A DNA stretch of 64,000 bases from an uncultured Erysipelotrichaceae bacterium (GCA_902793315.1 CADBCT010000001.1:34727-98726), one strand, 5' to 3'; shown: positions 1-9,349, counted from the first letter of the stretch. The notes: generated from the letters alone by a model not told the origin. Numbers and translations are program-made.

Positions 1-268
1 TCTTTGGGTCCTCAACTACACACAACACTTTAGAATCTTTTCTTCCTATATCATTGCAAACAAAACATAATTCTTCATCAGTCATCATATTACATTTACT
101 ACAGCGATGAATCTTATTCTTTGCTTCAATCATACTATCAGAAAAAACATTTATTTGTTCTTCATCCAGCTCTAAAAGTGCAAAAGCAAGACGTTCAGCC
201 GTTTTTGCACCTATTCCTGGTAAAGTCTTAAAAGATTCTATTAAGTTTTCTAAACTTTTAGGATACAT
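1..268 (-). CDS. recR: Recombination protein RecR, N-terminal portion (3' part runs off window start)
   Basis: Minus-strand translation from ATG (rc of 266-268): MYPKSLENLIESFKTLPGIGAKTAERLAFALLELDEEQ...HRCSKCNMMTDEELCFVCND. HhH motif plus C4 zinc finger typical of RecR. Synteny recR-ybaB-dnaX. Confidence 0.85.
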   Translation of the reverse strand, partial: MYPKSLENLIESFKTLPGIGAKTAERLAFALLELDEEQINVFSDSMIEAKNKIHRCSKCNMMTDEELCFVCNDIGRKDSKVLCVVEDPK

Positions 269-276
269 TCTACACC

Positions 277-600
277 TTAAAACATTCCTGGGATACTAGC
301 AAACTTACCCATTTTCTTTTCAGTTAAGTCATCAATTTTTTTGTTTGCATCATTAATTGCAACAAGAATCATATCTTGTAATGCTTCAATATCATCAGAA
401 TCAAGACTTTCTGCTTTTATTTCTACTTTTACTACTTCTTTTGTTCCTTTTAATGTAACCTTAACAAAAGAGCTTTCTCCTTCAAATTCAGCATTATCAA
501 TTTCCTCTTTTGCCTTCATCATATCTTTTTGTAATGCTTGTGCCTGCTTTAACATTGCTTGCATATTCATATTATATTTTCCTCCTTTATTCAAATTCAA
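277..600 (-). CDS. ybaB: Nucleoid-associated protein YbaB/EbfC
   Basis: 107 aa, ...NMQAMLKQAQALQKDMMKAKEE... and C-terminal GKFASIPGMF match the YbaB/EbfC (B. subtilis YaaK) family. Lies between dnaX and recR. Confidence 0.85.
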   Translation of the reverse strand: MNLNKGGKYNMNMQAMLKQAQALQKDMMKAKEEIDNAEFEGESSFVKVTLKGTKEVVKVEIKAESLDSDDIEALQDMILVAINDANKKIDDLTEKKMGKFASIPGMF

Positions 601-2236
601 CGATATCGCCGAACAAATCTACTGCATCGTTATCTATTATATCATCATTATCTAATTCTTCATAGTTTGGATCTGGTTCCGGTAATATTTCATAACTATG
701 CTTATTTTTTAAATTAATAATATATTCATCTTTTTCCTTTTGCCAATTATTCTCTGAAATCAAAACTAATTTTTTCTTTGAATTAACTATCTTATTATAT
801 ATTTCTGTTAATTTATCTAAAATTAATAGATTTTGTTCTACAACCGAATCATATTCAAAAGCTAGCAAAACAAGATCTTCACTAACAACTTTAATTTTAG
901 AATCTAACAAATTACATACAAGATAACCAAATTGTTGATCAAACGTATAATTATTAAGATTCTTAAATTTTTCTTCTTCTTTTTCCTTTTCTTTTTTGTC
1001 GGCCTTGGCTAGAACATTATTTATTCTGACTTTCATTATTTCATCAATATTTGTTACTTTTAAATTAGACTTTTTATCTTGTTTCTTTTGTTGTTTTGTT
1101 TTGTTCTTTAGTTCTTTTTCACTATTATTTTTTTGTATATCAATTTGTTCTTCTTTTTTAACAACATTTGTTGTTTTTTTATCTACATTCGTTGATAAAT
1201 AGTCGTTTATAAATTTTAATATAAACATTTCAATAAATATTTTCGAATTGGAACTTCTTCTAATATCTATTATTCGTTCATTTAATAAGTTAGTAAATTC
1301 TTGTAAATCATCAACACCCCATTTAATTTGATTGTTATCCAAATAGTAATCAACAATATAATTTCTTGCTAAATGCAATATTTGGGTAATAATTTGATTC
1401 AAGTTTTTTCCATTTTGATCAAAATTATCTATCATTTTCAACACTTGTGGAATATTTTTATCAAAAATGCAATCTAAAAACTCTTCTATCTCTGAATCTG
1501 ATATTATATCGTTAACCTCAATAAAATCTTTCATTGTTATTTTATTATTTGTATATGAAGTCAATTTATCCAACATTCCTAATGCATCTCTTAAACCACC
1601 ATCAGATAATGTTGCTATATTATTTAACACTTCTTTATCAATTGATATTTTTTCTTTTTTTGCTACATATTCTAATTGATTATTAATTTTTTCTTTTGAA
1701 ATTCTTTTAAATGAAAAGCACTGACACCTAGAAACTACAGTTTCTGGTACTTTTTGAGGATCTGTCGTAGCTAATATAAAAATTGCATGCTCTGGAGGTT
1801 CTTCTAGTGTTTTTAATAAAGCATTAAAAGCCCCAACAGACAACATATGAACTTCATCAATAATATAAACTTTATATTTTAATTTACTTGGTACCAATGT
1901 AATTTTGTTTCGTAATTCTCTTATTTCATCTACTCCATTATTTGAAGCTGCATCAATTTCAATGATATCAACACATTCTTTAGAAAAAGAAAACTTGCAA
2001 GCTTCGCATTTACCGCAAGCACTTCCATCTTGATTGTTAAGACAGTTGATATTTCTAGCGAAGATTTTAGAAACTGTTGTTTTACCAGTTCCACGAGGTC
2101 CATAGAACATATAAGCATGAGTAAAATTATGATTAATTATTGAATTTTTTAAAGTTTTTATAATAGAGTCTTGCCCTACTACTGTTTCAAAATCTATTGG
2201 TCTATATTTTCTATATAAAGCTTGGTACATAAGCAA
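587..2236 (-). CDS. dnaX: DNA polymerase III subunit gamma/tau
   Basis: 549 aa. LYRKYRPIDFETVVGQ, Walker A GPRGTGKTT, C-x-C zinc module (CGKCEACK), clamp-loader AAA+ motifs. Confidence 0.92.
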   Translation of the reverse strand: MLMYQALYRKYRPIDFETVVGQDSIIKTLKNSIINHNFTHAYMFYGPRGTGKTTVSKIFARNINCLNNQDGSACGKCEACKFSFSKECVDIIEIDAASNNGVDEIRELRNKITLVPSKLKYKVYIIDEVHMLSVGAFNALLKTLEEPPEHAIFILATTDPQKVPETVVSRCQCFSFKRISKEKINNQLEYVAKKEKISIDKEVLNNIATLSDGGLRDALGMLDKLTSYTNNKITMKDFIEVNDIISDSEIEEFLDCIFDKNIPQVLKMIDNFDQNGKNLNQIITQILHLARNYIVDYYLDNNQIKWGVDDLQEFTNLLNERIIDIRRSSNSKIFIEMFILKFINDYLSTNVDKKTTNVVKKEEQIDIQKNNSEKELKNKTKQQKKQDKKSNLKVTNIDEIMKVRINNVLAKADKKEKEKEEEKFKNLNNYTFDQQFGYLVCNLLDSKIKVVSEDLVLLAFEYDSVVEQNLLILDKLTEIYNKIVNSKKKLVLISENNWQKEKDEYIINLKNKHSYEILPEPDPNYEELDNDDIIDNDAVDLFGDIVEFE

Positions 2237-2265
2237 ACCTCCTCAATTATATTATACCATATATA

Positions 2266-2715
2266 TCAATCTTTTCTTTGATTTTTAAAAAAAGAATTTA
2301 AGATTTTTTTTGATTCTAATGGACTTAAATTTGAAATAAAATTAACTTCAGGATTTATTTTATCCTTTTTAAAAATTTCTGTAATTATTTGCAGATTATT
2401 TAAATCGGAATTACTAAGAGCTGAATAAACATTTTTAATTCTAGCTTGCTTTATAGCACTTGCACACATAGGACATGGATCTAATGATATATAAATATCA
2501 CAATCATTTAAACGCCAATTATTCAACTTTTTTTGAGCTATTTTAATAGCATTTAATTCAGCATGTTCTAATACAGAATTATTTTTTTCTTTTTTATTAT
2601 ATCCAAAACCAATTATTTTGTTATCTTTAACAATTACTGCTCCTACTGGAACTTCTTTTATCCTATATGCTTTATATGCATATTTTATTGCTAAATCTAA
2701 AAACTCTTTTTTCAT
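2266..2715 (-). CDS. tadA: tRNA-specific adenosine deaminase (CMP/dCMP-type zinc deaminase)
   Basis: HAELNAI...PCPMCASAI zinc-binding motifs. Start placed at the internal ATG (MKKEFLDLAIKYAYKAY) because it is preceded by GGAGGAATT. The 28-codon upstream extension in the ORF track overlaps an SRP RNA. Confidence 0.85.
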   Translation of the reverse strand: MKKEFLDLAIKYAYKAYRIKEVPVGAVIVKDNKIIGFGYNKKEKNNSVLEHAELNAIKIAQKKLNNWRLNDCDIYISLDPCPMCASAIKQARIKNVYSALSNSDLNNLQIITEIFKKDKINPEVNFISNLSPLESKKILNSFFKNQRKD

Positions 2716-2730
2716 AATTCCTCCAAATAA

Positions 2731-2808
2731 AAAGTGCACATGAAAGGTGAATTTTAAGGCTGCTATCTTCCGATTCTGACCTGGTTCAATTTCTTTCATT
2801 GCACGTAT
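2731..2808 (-). ncRNA. ffs: Small signal recognition particle RNA (4.5S/scRNA-type SRP RNA)
   Basis: Minus strand reads GTGCAATGAAAGAAATTGAACCAGGTCAGAATCGGAAGATAGCAGCCTTAAAATTCACCTTTCATGTGCAC. The terminal helix GTGCA(A)ATGAAAG/CTTTCAT(C)GTGCAC closes a hairpin. The ACCAGGTCAG...GGAAG..AGCAGCC core matches the conserved SRP RNA domain IV (E. coli 4.5S: ACCAGGUCAGGUCCGGAAGGAAGCAGCC). A U-tract follows. In B. subtilis scr lies next to dnaX, so the position is syntenic. Confidence 0.6.
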
Positions 2809-2890
2809 ATATTTTATTATAAAAAATAAAAAAAGTAAATATTTGTTATTATTTTTATTTTTTAAGGAATATTTTTGCTATTTTTAGTTA

Positions 2891-2906
2891 TGTTTCACGT
2901 GGAACA
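2891..2906. promoter_or_regulatory. parS: parS site 1 (Spo0J/ParB centromere-like site)
   Basis: TGTTTCACGTGGAACA is the exact reverse complement of the B. subtilis parS consensus TGTTCCACGTGAAACA. Confidence 0.8.
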
Positions 2907-2918
2907 TTTATTATTTCT

Positions 2919-2932
2919 ATTTCCTGGGAAAT
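2919..2932. promoter_or_regulatory. Noc-binding-site (NBS)-like palindrome 1
   Basis: ATTTCCTGGGAAAT versus the B. subtilis NBS consensus ATTTCCCGGGAAAT (one central mismatch). 6-bp perfect inverted arms. Confidence 0.55.
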
Positions 2933-2952
2933 AATTTTGTTACTTTTAGTTA

Positions 2953-2968
2953 TGTTTCACGTGGAACA
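2953..2968. promoter_or_regulatory. parS: parS site 2
   Basis: TGTTTCACGTGGAACA, perfect match to the parS consensus (reverse complement). 62 bp from site 1. Confidence 0.8.
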
Positions 2969-2980
2969 TTTATTGTTTTT

Positions 2981-2994
2981 ATTTCCTGGGAAAT
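2981..2994. promoter_or_regulatory. NBS-like palindrome 2
   Basis: ATTTCCTGGGAAAT, identical to copy 1. 28 bp downstream of parS site 2. Confidence 0.55.
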
Positions 2995-3018
2995 AATTTT
3001 GTTACTTTTAGTTATGTA

Positions 3019-3034
3019 TGTTTCACGTGGAACA
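3019..3034. promoter_or_regulatory. parS: parS site 3
   Basis: TGTTTCACGTGGAACA. 66 bp from site 2 (unit with a 4-bp TGTA insertion). Confidence 0.8.
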
Positions 3035-3046
3035 TTTATTGTTTTT

Positions 3047-3060
3047 ATTTCCTGGGAAAT
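3047..3060. promoter_or_regulatory. NBS-like palindrome 3
   Basis: ATTTCCTGGGAAAT. The fourth repeat unit is truncated before this element. Confidence 0.55.
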
Positions 3061-3080
3061 AATTTTGTTACTTTTAGTTA

Positions 3081-3096
3081 TGTTTCACGTGGAACA
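3081..3096. promoter_or_regulatory. parS: parS site 4
   Basis: TGTTTCACGTGGAACA. 62 bp from site 3. Array ends here, before the gyrA terminator. Confidence 0.8.
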
Positions 3097-3100
3097 TTAA

Positions 3101-3127
3101 CAAAAAAAAGATACGTTTCTGTATCTT
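3101..3127 (-). terminator. Rho-independent terminator downstream of gyrA
   Basis: AAAAGATAC-GTTTCT-GTATCTTTT hairpin flanked by an A8/T8 run immediately after the gyrA stop. Confidence 0.7.
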
Positions 3128-5575
3128 TTATTGTTCTTCATTAGTTTCTTCAAATGCTTCTTCTTCTTTTTCAACTAAAGCTACTGTGGAAACTTTTTGT
3201 TCATCCTTAAGATTAATTAATCTAACTCCTTGTGTAGCACGTTTTAAAGTAGATACTTGATCTAATGGTAATTTAATAATAATACCGCTATTAGTCATAA
3301 TCATTAAATCTAATGGTGCATCTACTCTTAAACATTTCAATGAAGACATCATACCATTCTTTTCAGTAACATTAAGAGCTTTAACACCTTTACTACCTCT
3401 ATGTGTTAATCTGTATTCATCAACTACTGTTTGTTTTCCATATCCATTTTCTGTTACGATTAATACCATATCACCAGATGATACAACTTCTGCTCCTACT
3501 ACGATAGATCCATCAAGTTCCATACCTTTAACGCCAGAACTACTTCTTCCCATGCATCTAACTTCGTTTTCATTGAATCTAACTAATCTACCATTGCTAG
3601 CACCAATAACTATTTCTCTATTTCCATCAGTACTTTTAACACTGATTAACTCATCATCTTCTTTAAGAACAATAGCTATTTTTCCACTCTTTCTAATATT
3701 ATCAAATTCGTTGATACTAGTACGTTTTACAATTCCTTTTCGAGTTGCAAACATTAAATATTTAGTAAAATCATCATCTTGTTTTATATTTATTATCGAA
3801 CTAACGTTCTCATCTTTCTCTAGTGGTAATAGATTAATTATTGGTAAACCTTTAGATTGTCTAGAGAATTCTGGAATCTCATAACCTTTCATTCTATATA
3901 CTTTACCTTTATTTGAGAAGAATAAGATATAATCATGCGTTGATGATGAAATTAAATGTTCTACAAAATCTTCTTCATTAGTTGCCATACCTTTAATTCC
4001 TACACCACCACGGTTTTGAGTTCTATACGTATCACTCTTTAATCTCTTAATATACCCTTTATTTGTTAAATTAATTACAATATCTTCTTCTGGAATTAAA
4101 GACTCATCTTCAATATATTCAATAGCTGTCATATCAATACTTGTACGTCTTTCATCTCCATATTTTTGTTTAATTTCAAGCAATTCATTCTTAATTACTT
4201 CTAAAATCTTTGCTTCACTAGCTAAAATTGCTTTTAATTCCTCAATAGTTTTTAATAAATCAGTAAGTTCATTTTCAATCTTTTCACGCTCTAAACCTGT
4301 TAATCTACGTAATTTCATCTCTAAAATTGCATTTGATTGAACTTCTGTTAATTTAAACCTACTCATTAATGTATCTTTAGCTATTTCATCGGTTTTAGAT
4401 CCACGAATTACTTTAATTACTTCATCAATATTATCTAAAGCTATTTTTAAGCCTTCTAAAATATGTACTCTTTTTTCTGCTACATCTAGATCAAATCTAG
4501 TTCTTCTAATAATTACTTCCTTTTGATAATCAATATATTTTGCAATAATATCTTTTAATCCAAGAGTTTTAGGAACTCCTTGATCTAACATTAAGAAGAT
4601 AATTCCATAAGATGTTTGAAAAGATGTATGTTTATATAACTTATTTAATACTACTTGAGCATTAGCATCTCTTTTTAATGTAATTGTTATCTTAATACCA
4701 TTCTTTAAATCAGAATGATAATCAGAAATACCTTCAATAGTTTTATTATGAACTAATTCAGCTACTTTATTTTTTAAATCTAAAGTATTTATACCATAAG
4801 GTACTTCATCAATAATAATTTGTTGTTTTCCATTACTTTCTTCAATAGTAGCCCTACTTCTAACTGTAATAGTTCCCCTACCAGTTTCGTAAGCTTTTCT
4901 AATACCACTATTTCCAAGAATAATTGCTCCCGTAGGGAAATCTGGTCCTTTGATATATTTCATTAATTCATCTAATTCAATATCAGGATTATCAATATAT
5001 GCAACACATCCATCAATAACTTCACTTAAGTTATGAGGTGGAATATTTGTTGCCATACCAACAGCTATACCTGTAGTTCCATTAACTAAAATATTAGGAA
5101 ATCTAGATGGTAAAACAACTGGTTCTTTTTCGCTTTCATCAAAATTTGGTACAAAATCAACTGTATTTTTATTGATATTTCTTAATAATTCCAATGATAT
5201 CTTTGATAAACGAGATTCAGTGTAACGCATTGCAGCAGCACCATAACCCTCAATATTACCAAAATTACCATGTCCATCAATTAACATATATCTATAAGAG
5301 AAATCTTGAGCCATACGAACCATAGCTTCATAGATTGAAGAATCTCCATGTGGATGGAAATTACCCATAACTTCTCCGACAGTTTTAGCACTCTTTCTAT
5401 GAGGTTTATCAGGTGTATATCCAGAAGAATACATAGAATATAATATTCTTCTATGAACAGGCTTTAAACCATCTCTTAAGTCTGGAATAGCACGAGCTGT
5501 AATAACACTCATTGAATAGTCTAAAAATGAATCTTGTACTTCTTTTACTATATTGTTATTTTCTAACCTATCCAT
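3128..5575 (-). CDS. gyrA: DNA gyrase subunit A
   Basis: 815 aa. [19 protein letters not shown], catalytic Tyr region, GyrA-box-containing C-terminal beta-pinwheel repeats. Confidence 0.95.
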   Translation of the reverse strand: MDRLENNNIVKEVQDSFLDYSMSVITARAIPDLRDGLKPVHRRILYSMYSSGYTPDKPHRKSAKTVGEVMGNFHPHGDSSIYEAMVRMAQDFSYRYMLIDGHGNFGNIEGYGAAAMRYTESRLSKISLELLRNINKNTVDFVPNFDESEKEPVVLPSRFPNILVNGTTGIAVGMATNIPPHNLSEVIDGCVAYIDNPDIELDELMKYIKGPDFPTGAIILGNSGIRKAYETGRGTITVRSRATIEESNGKQQIIIDEVPYGINTLDLKNKVAELVHNKTIEGISDYHSDLKNGIKITITLKRDANAQVVLNKLYKHTSFQTSYGIIFLMLDQGVPKTLGLKDIIAKYIDYQKEVIIRRTRFDLDVAEKRVHILEGLKIALDNIDEVIKVIRGSKTDEIAKDTLMSRFKLTEVQSNAILEMKLRRLTGLEREKIENELTDLLKTIEELKAILASEAKILEVIKNELLEIKQKYGDERRTSIDMTAIEYIEDESLIPEEDIVINLTNKGYIKRLKSDTYRTQNRGGVGIKGMATNEEDFVEHLISSSTHDYILFFSNKGKVYRMKGYEIPEFSRQSKGLPIINLLPLEKDENVSSIINIKQDDDFTKYLMFATRKGIVKRTSINEFDNIRKSGKIAIVLKEDDELISVKSTDGNREIVIGASNGRLVRFNENEVRCMGRSSSGVKGMELDGSIVVGAEVVSSGDMVLIVTENGYGKQTVVDEYRLTHRGSKGVKALNVTEKNGMMSSLKCLRVDAPLDLMIMTNSGIIIKLPLDQVSTLKRATQGVRLINLKDEQKVSTVALVEKEEEAFEETNEEQ

Positions 5576-5584
5576 ACAAACCTC

Positions 5585-7510
5585 CTAAACATCCAAATTT
5601 GCATAAGTTGCATTTTCTTCTATAAATTCACGTCTTGGACCTACTTCTTCACCCATAAGCTTAGCAAAAACTTCATCTGCAGCTTGAATATCTTCAACAG
5701 TTATCTTTCTTAAAATACGTTGATTTATATCCATTGTTGTTTCATTTAACTCATCTGCATCCATTTCTCCTAAACCTTTCATACGAGCAATTTCATACTT
5801 AGTATTAGCGTCTAAACTTGCTAAATATTCATCTCTTTCAGCTTCATCTAAGACATATTTACGTGTTTTACCATGTGTAATTCTATATAACGGTGGTTGA
5901 GCAGCATAAACATGACCAGCTTCAACAATTGGTCTAAAGAAACGATAGAATAAAGTTAATAATAATACTCTTATATGACTACCATCAACATCAGCATCTG
6001 TCATAATAATAATTTTATGATATCTAAGTTTACTTAAATCGAACTCATCACCAATTCCAGTACCAAATGCTGTTATAATAGTACGAATTTCTTCATTACT
6101 TAAAGCTTTATCTAATCTAGCTTTCTCAACATTTAAAATCTTACCTCTAAGTGGAAGAATTGCTTGTGTCATAGCATCTCTACCTTTAATAGCAGATCCT
6201 CCAGCAGAATCACCCTCGACTAAGAAAATCTCACTGATTGTAGCATCTTTACTCTTACAATCATTAAGTTTTCCAAAGAAATTAGTAATATCTAAATCTC
6301 CTTTACGACGAGTTAATTCACGAGCTTTTTTAGCAGCTACTCTTGCTCTACTCGCAGTCATAGACTTTTCTAAGATAATACGAGCTTGATCAGGATTTTC
6401 TAATAAGAATCTTTCAAATGATTCTGAGAATATCTTATCTGCTATACCTCTAACTTCACTATTTCCTAATTTTGTCTTAGTTTGACCTTCAAATTGTGGA
6501 TTAGGATGTTTAATAGAAATTATCAATGTAATTCCTTCTCTTACATCATCACCTGTTAAAGGTTCATCTTTATCTTTTAATAAATTATTATTAGTTGCAT
6601 ATTTATTAAGTATTCTTGTTAAAGCTCTTCTTACTCCATCCTCATGCGTTCCACCCTCAGGTGTAGTAATATTATTAACAAATGAATAAATACTTGAATT
6701 ATATGTTTCATTATATTGAAGTGCTACTTCTACTTTAATATCTTTTTCTTCTCCCTCAATATAAACCACTGTTTCATGAAGTGGATTCTTATTCTTGTTA
6801 AGCATATTAACATATTCTATTAATCCACCTTCATAGTGGAAAGAATCTTTTTTATCTACTTCTCTATCATCATATAATGATATTCTTAAACCCTTATTTA
6901 AGAAAGCTAATTCTCTTAATCTAGTTCTTAAAATATCATAGTCATATACAGTAGTTTCATCAAAAATCTTAGGATCTGGTAAGAAATGAACACTTGTACC
7001 AGTACGATCTTTATCACATTTATCAATAATTTTTAGATCTTCTTCAGGATGTCCACCATTGTTAAACCGTTGATAGTAAACATTTCCATCACGATATACT
7101 TTTACTTCTAACCATTCACTTAAGGCGTTAACAACACTAGCACCAACTCCGTGAAGACCACCAGATACTTTATATCCTCCTCCACCAAATTTACCACCAG
7201 CATGTAATACTGTATAAACTGTTTCAACAGTACTTTTACCTGTTTTTGGATGTATTTCTACTGGTATACCACGTCCATCATCTTTTACAATAATACTATT
7301 ATCTTTACAAATAGTAACCTCAATATGAGAACAATATCCAGCTAATGCTTCATCAATCGCATTATCTACTATTTCCCAAACTAAATGATGTAATCCCCTA
7401 GAACTAGTAGTTCCAATATACATTCCCGGTCTTTTTCTTACTGCTTCTAGACCTTCTAATACTTGAATTGAGGATGAATCATACTCTTTTTTTACTTTTT
7501 CTTCTGCCAT
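5585..7510 (-). CDS. gyrB: DNA gyrase subunit B
   Basis: 641 aa. GHKL ATPase motifs ([29 protein letters not shown]), Toprim EGDSAGG, C-terminal GyrB tail. Confidence 0.95.
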   Translation of the reverse strand: MAEEKVKKEYDSSSIQVLEGLEAVRKRPGMYIGTTSSRGLHHLVWEIVDNAIDEALAGYCSHIEVTICKDNSIIVKDDGRGIPVEIHPKTGKSTVETVYTVLHAGGKFGGGGYKVSGGLHGVGASVVNALSEWLEVKVYRDGNVYYQRFNNGGHPEEDLKIIDKCDKDRTGTSVHFLPDPKIFDETTVYDYDILRTRLRELAFLNKGLRISLYDDREVDKKDSFHYEGGLIEYVNMLNKNKNPLHETVVYIEGEEKDIKVEVALQYNETYNSSIYSFVNNITTPEGGTHEDGVRRALTRILNKYATNNNLLKDKDEPLTGDDVREGITLIISIKHPNPQFEGQTKTKLGNSEVRGIADKIFSESFERFLLENPDQARIILEKSMTASRARVAAKKARELTRRKGDLDITNFFGKLNDCKSKDATISEIFLVEGDSAGGSAIKGRDAMTQAILPLRGKILNVEKARLDKALSNEEIRTIITAFGTGIGDEFDLSKLRYHKIIIMTDADVDGSHIRVLLLTLFYRFFRPIVEAGHVYAAQPPLYRITHGKTRKYVLDEAERDEYLASLDANTKYEIARMKGLGEMDADELNETTMDINQRILRKITVEDIQAADEVFAKLMGEEVGPRREFIEENATYANLDV

Positions 7511-7519
7511 TCTTTCAAC

Positions 7520-8632
7520 CTACTTTCTTTCTACAAGACCATTTTCTACTTTGTAGATAAATGCATCTTCTAAATACTTCTTGTTTATATTTTTTAAATC
7601 TGTTGTTGTGATAATACTTTGTATATCATCTTTATTAACTATTTCTAATAATTTATTTCTCTTTTTTATATCTAATTCACTAAATATATCATCTAGTAAT
7701 AAAACAGGTTCTGTTTCACATATTTCATTAAATATAGGTATTTCAGAGATTTTAAATGATAAAACAGCTAATTTTTGTTGCCCTTGAGATCCAAAATATT
7801 TCAAATCATGATTATCATACTCAAAAATAAAATCATCTCTATGAGGACCATATATAGTCATACCATAATTTAGTTCTTTAAGATAATTCTTTTTAAAAGT
7901 ATGTTTTAATTTCTTTCTAATATTCTCCGAATCATAATCAGTTATTTCAATATTAGGAACATATTTTATTTTTAAACCAGAATCTCCTGATATAAAATTA
8001 TAATATTCATCAATATTTTTATTAACTAAATCAAGGTATTCCTTTCTTTTTTGATAAATAAATACAGCTTTTTCTATTAATTTATCAGTAATAATATCAA
8101 GATAATTCTCATCAGCTATATTATTATTAAATAAAACTTTTAAATATTCGTTACGAGTTTTCAATAATTTATTATATTCATTGTAATATTTAATATATTG
8201 CTTCGATATTTGAGATAACTCTATATTTAATAAGTTTCTTCTTACGCTTGGAGATCCCTTAACTATCTCTAAGTCATCAGGTGTAAAGATTATTACATTT
8301 AAATAAGAAATATAATCCATTACTTTATTAATATTTTTCTTATTTACTTTTAATTTTTTGTTATCTTCTGTTATTTCTATTTCTAAATTAGAAATAATTT
8401 TATTTTTTTTAACAGTTCCACTAAGTTTACATTTCTTTTTATCAAACATAATAATGTTAGGATTTACCCCTATTCTATGGGATTTTGTAAGGGCTAAAAT
8501 AGTAATTCCTTCTAAAATGTTAGTCTTTCCTTGAGCATTATTCCCAACAAAAATATTCATTTTACTTCCCAAACTAATAGACATATTAGAATAATTTCTA
8601 AAATTAACTAAGTTTATTTTACTAATTTTCAT
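7520..8632 (-). CDS. recF: DNA replication and repair protein RecF
   Basis: 370 aa. N-terminal Walker A GNNAQGKTNILE, SMC-like signature, C-terminal LLLDDIFSELD Walker B. Sits between gyrB and dnaN. Confidence 0.9.
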   Translation of the reverse strand: MKISKINLVNFRNYSNMSISLGSKMNIFVGNNAQGKTNILEGITILALTKSHRIGVNPNIIMFDKKKCKLSGTVKKNKIISNLEIEITEDNKKLKVNKKNINKVMDYISYLNVIIFTPDDLEIVKGSPSVRRNLLNIELSQISKQYIKYYNEYNKLLKTRNEYLKVLFNNNIADENYLDIITDKLIEKAVFIYQKRKEYLDLVNKNIDEYYNFISGDSGLKIKYVPNIEITDYDSENIRKKLKHTFKKNYLKELNYGMTIYGPHRDDFIFEYDNHDLKYFGSQGQQKLAVLSFKISEIPIFNEICETEPVLLLDDIFSELDIKKRNKLLEIVNKDDIQSIITTTDLKNINKKYLEDAFIYKVENGLVERK

Positions 8633-8720
8633 TTATTCACCTTTAAAAGCCCCATATAATCACCTTTCCCCTAATTAAGTATTCCTATACACCTATATAC
8701 ATTATAGCACATATAGGCCT

Positions 8721-8745
8721 TAAAATCACTAAAAAAATAGTTAAA
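8721..8745. terminator. Palindromic hairpin downstream of comK
   Basis: AAAAATAGTTAAATTAACTATTTTT, near-perfect palindrome with flanking A/T runs. Confidence 0.45.
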
Positions 8746-9192
8746 TTAACTATTTTTATGGTTTCTTAAAATAATATCTAATCTGGAAGCTCTAGATAAT
8801 TGATTTTCTATCGATCTATATGAACAATTAACTATTATTTCACGATCATTATCAAAAACTATTTTAGTACTATTAAATTCCATTTTCTCAAGTTTTTTAA
8901 CTCTTTTTAAAGATATCCAAACACAATCATCAGAAGATGGTGATGTTGTTGGAAAAACAATTAAATTATCACTATCTTCAATTACTATAGGTACTTTATA
9001 TTCAGCACCTAAAATATTTTTAGCACCATTTTTTCTTCCTTCGTAGGTACTTCCAAAATACTTACAACTTTCTTCCATAATACTAAAAGTTTTTTGATTG
9101 ATAATATAACTGTCATTATCCTCATAAACCAAACTACTTTCCAGATCATTAGGTACTAAAGCTAATGTACCTTTATTAATTTCATATTTCAT
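8746..9192 (-). CDS. comK: ComK-family competence transcription factor
   Basis: From MKYEINKGTLALVPND (ATG preceded by AAGGGGGATAAT). Several blocks align to B. subtilis ComK: YEVNGATIAVLPEE/YEINKGTLALVPND, CRFFGSSYAGRKAGT/CKYFGSTYEGRKNGA, IFLFPTLSSTRPQCGWISH/LIVFPTTSPSSDDCVWISL, NSFENQVYRTAWL/RSIENQLSRASRL. Confidence 0.75.
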   Translation of the reverse strand: MKYEINKGTLALVPNDLESSLVYEDNDSYIINQKTFSIMEESCKYFGSTYEGRKNGAKNILGAEYKVPIVIEDSDNLIVFPTTSPSSDDCVWISLKRVKKLEKMEFNSTKIVFDNDREIIVNCSYRSIENQLSRASRLDIILRNHKNS

Positions 9193-9326
9193 ATTATCCC
9201 CCTTAATGAAAACAATCCTTCGTTTTCGTGCAAAATATATCATATAAATTTGTAGAAATTTGTCGAATTTTGTAGAAAATTCTTGTTTTCTATAAATATA
9301 TTACGTATTTTTTTGAGTTTTCCACA

Positions 9327-9349
9327 AAAAAAGAGGAAAAATCCTCTAA
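9327..9349 (-). terminator. Rho-independent terminator downstream of dnaN
   Basis: Minus strand AGAGGATTTTTCCTCTTTTTTTGTGG: stem AGAGGA/TCCTCT followed by T7. A DnaA-box-like TTTTCCACA (9318-9326) abuts it. Confidence 0.6.

Larger units (their letters stand above)
2876..3100. repeat. Tandem array of about 3.7 copies of a 62-bp unit (one copy has a 4-bp insertion) in the gyrA-tadA intergenic region. Each unit has two palindromes.
   Basis: Unit TGTTTCACGTGGAACATTTATTGTTTTTATTTCCTGGGAAATAATTTTGTTACTTTTAGTTA. The 16-mer starts at 2891, 2953, 3019 and 3081. Confidence 0.9.

Noticed and set aside
341-655. Plus-strand 104-aa ORF antisense to ybaB/dnaX. Similar antisense ORFs occur at 996-1202, 1467-1679, 3552-3884, 7581-7787, 13342-13524, 15423-15632, 16248-16622, 22280-22570, 23346-23564, 24234-24527, 46772-47176, 48111-48338, 55461-55661, 56130-56378 and 63726-63956.
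   Set aside because: Each lies fully inside and antisense to a well-supported conserved gene. Each has low-complexity or hydrophobic composition typical of AT-rich antisense frames, and none has a credible RBS.
2716-2799. N-terminal 28-codon extension of the tadA ORF in the six-frame track
   Set aside because: The internal ATG has a GGAGG RBS and the conserved deaminase N-terminus. The extension overlaps the SRP RNA hairpin and domain IV motif.
2876-3100. Evenly spaced short palindromic repeats that superficially resemble a CRISPR array
   Set aside because: The 'spacers' between the 16-bp palindromes are themselves identical from unit to unit; the whole 62-bp unit repeats. There are no cas genes. 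The repeat is a perfect parS site, so it is a tandem protein-binding array, not CRISPR.
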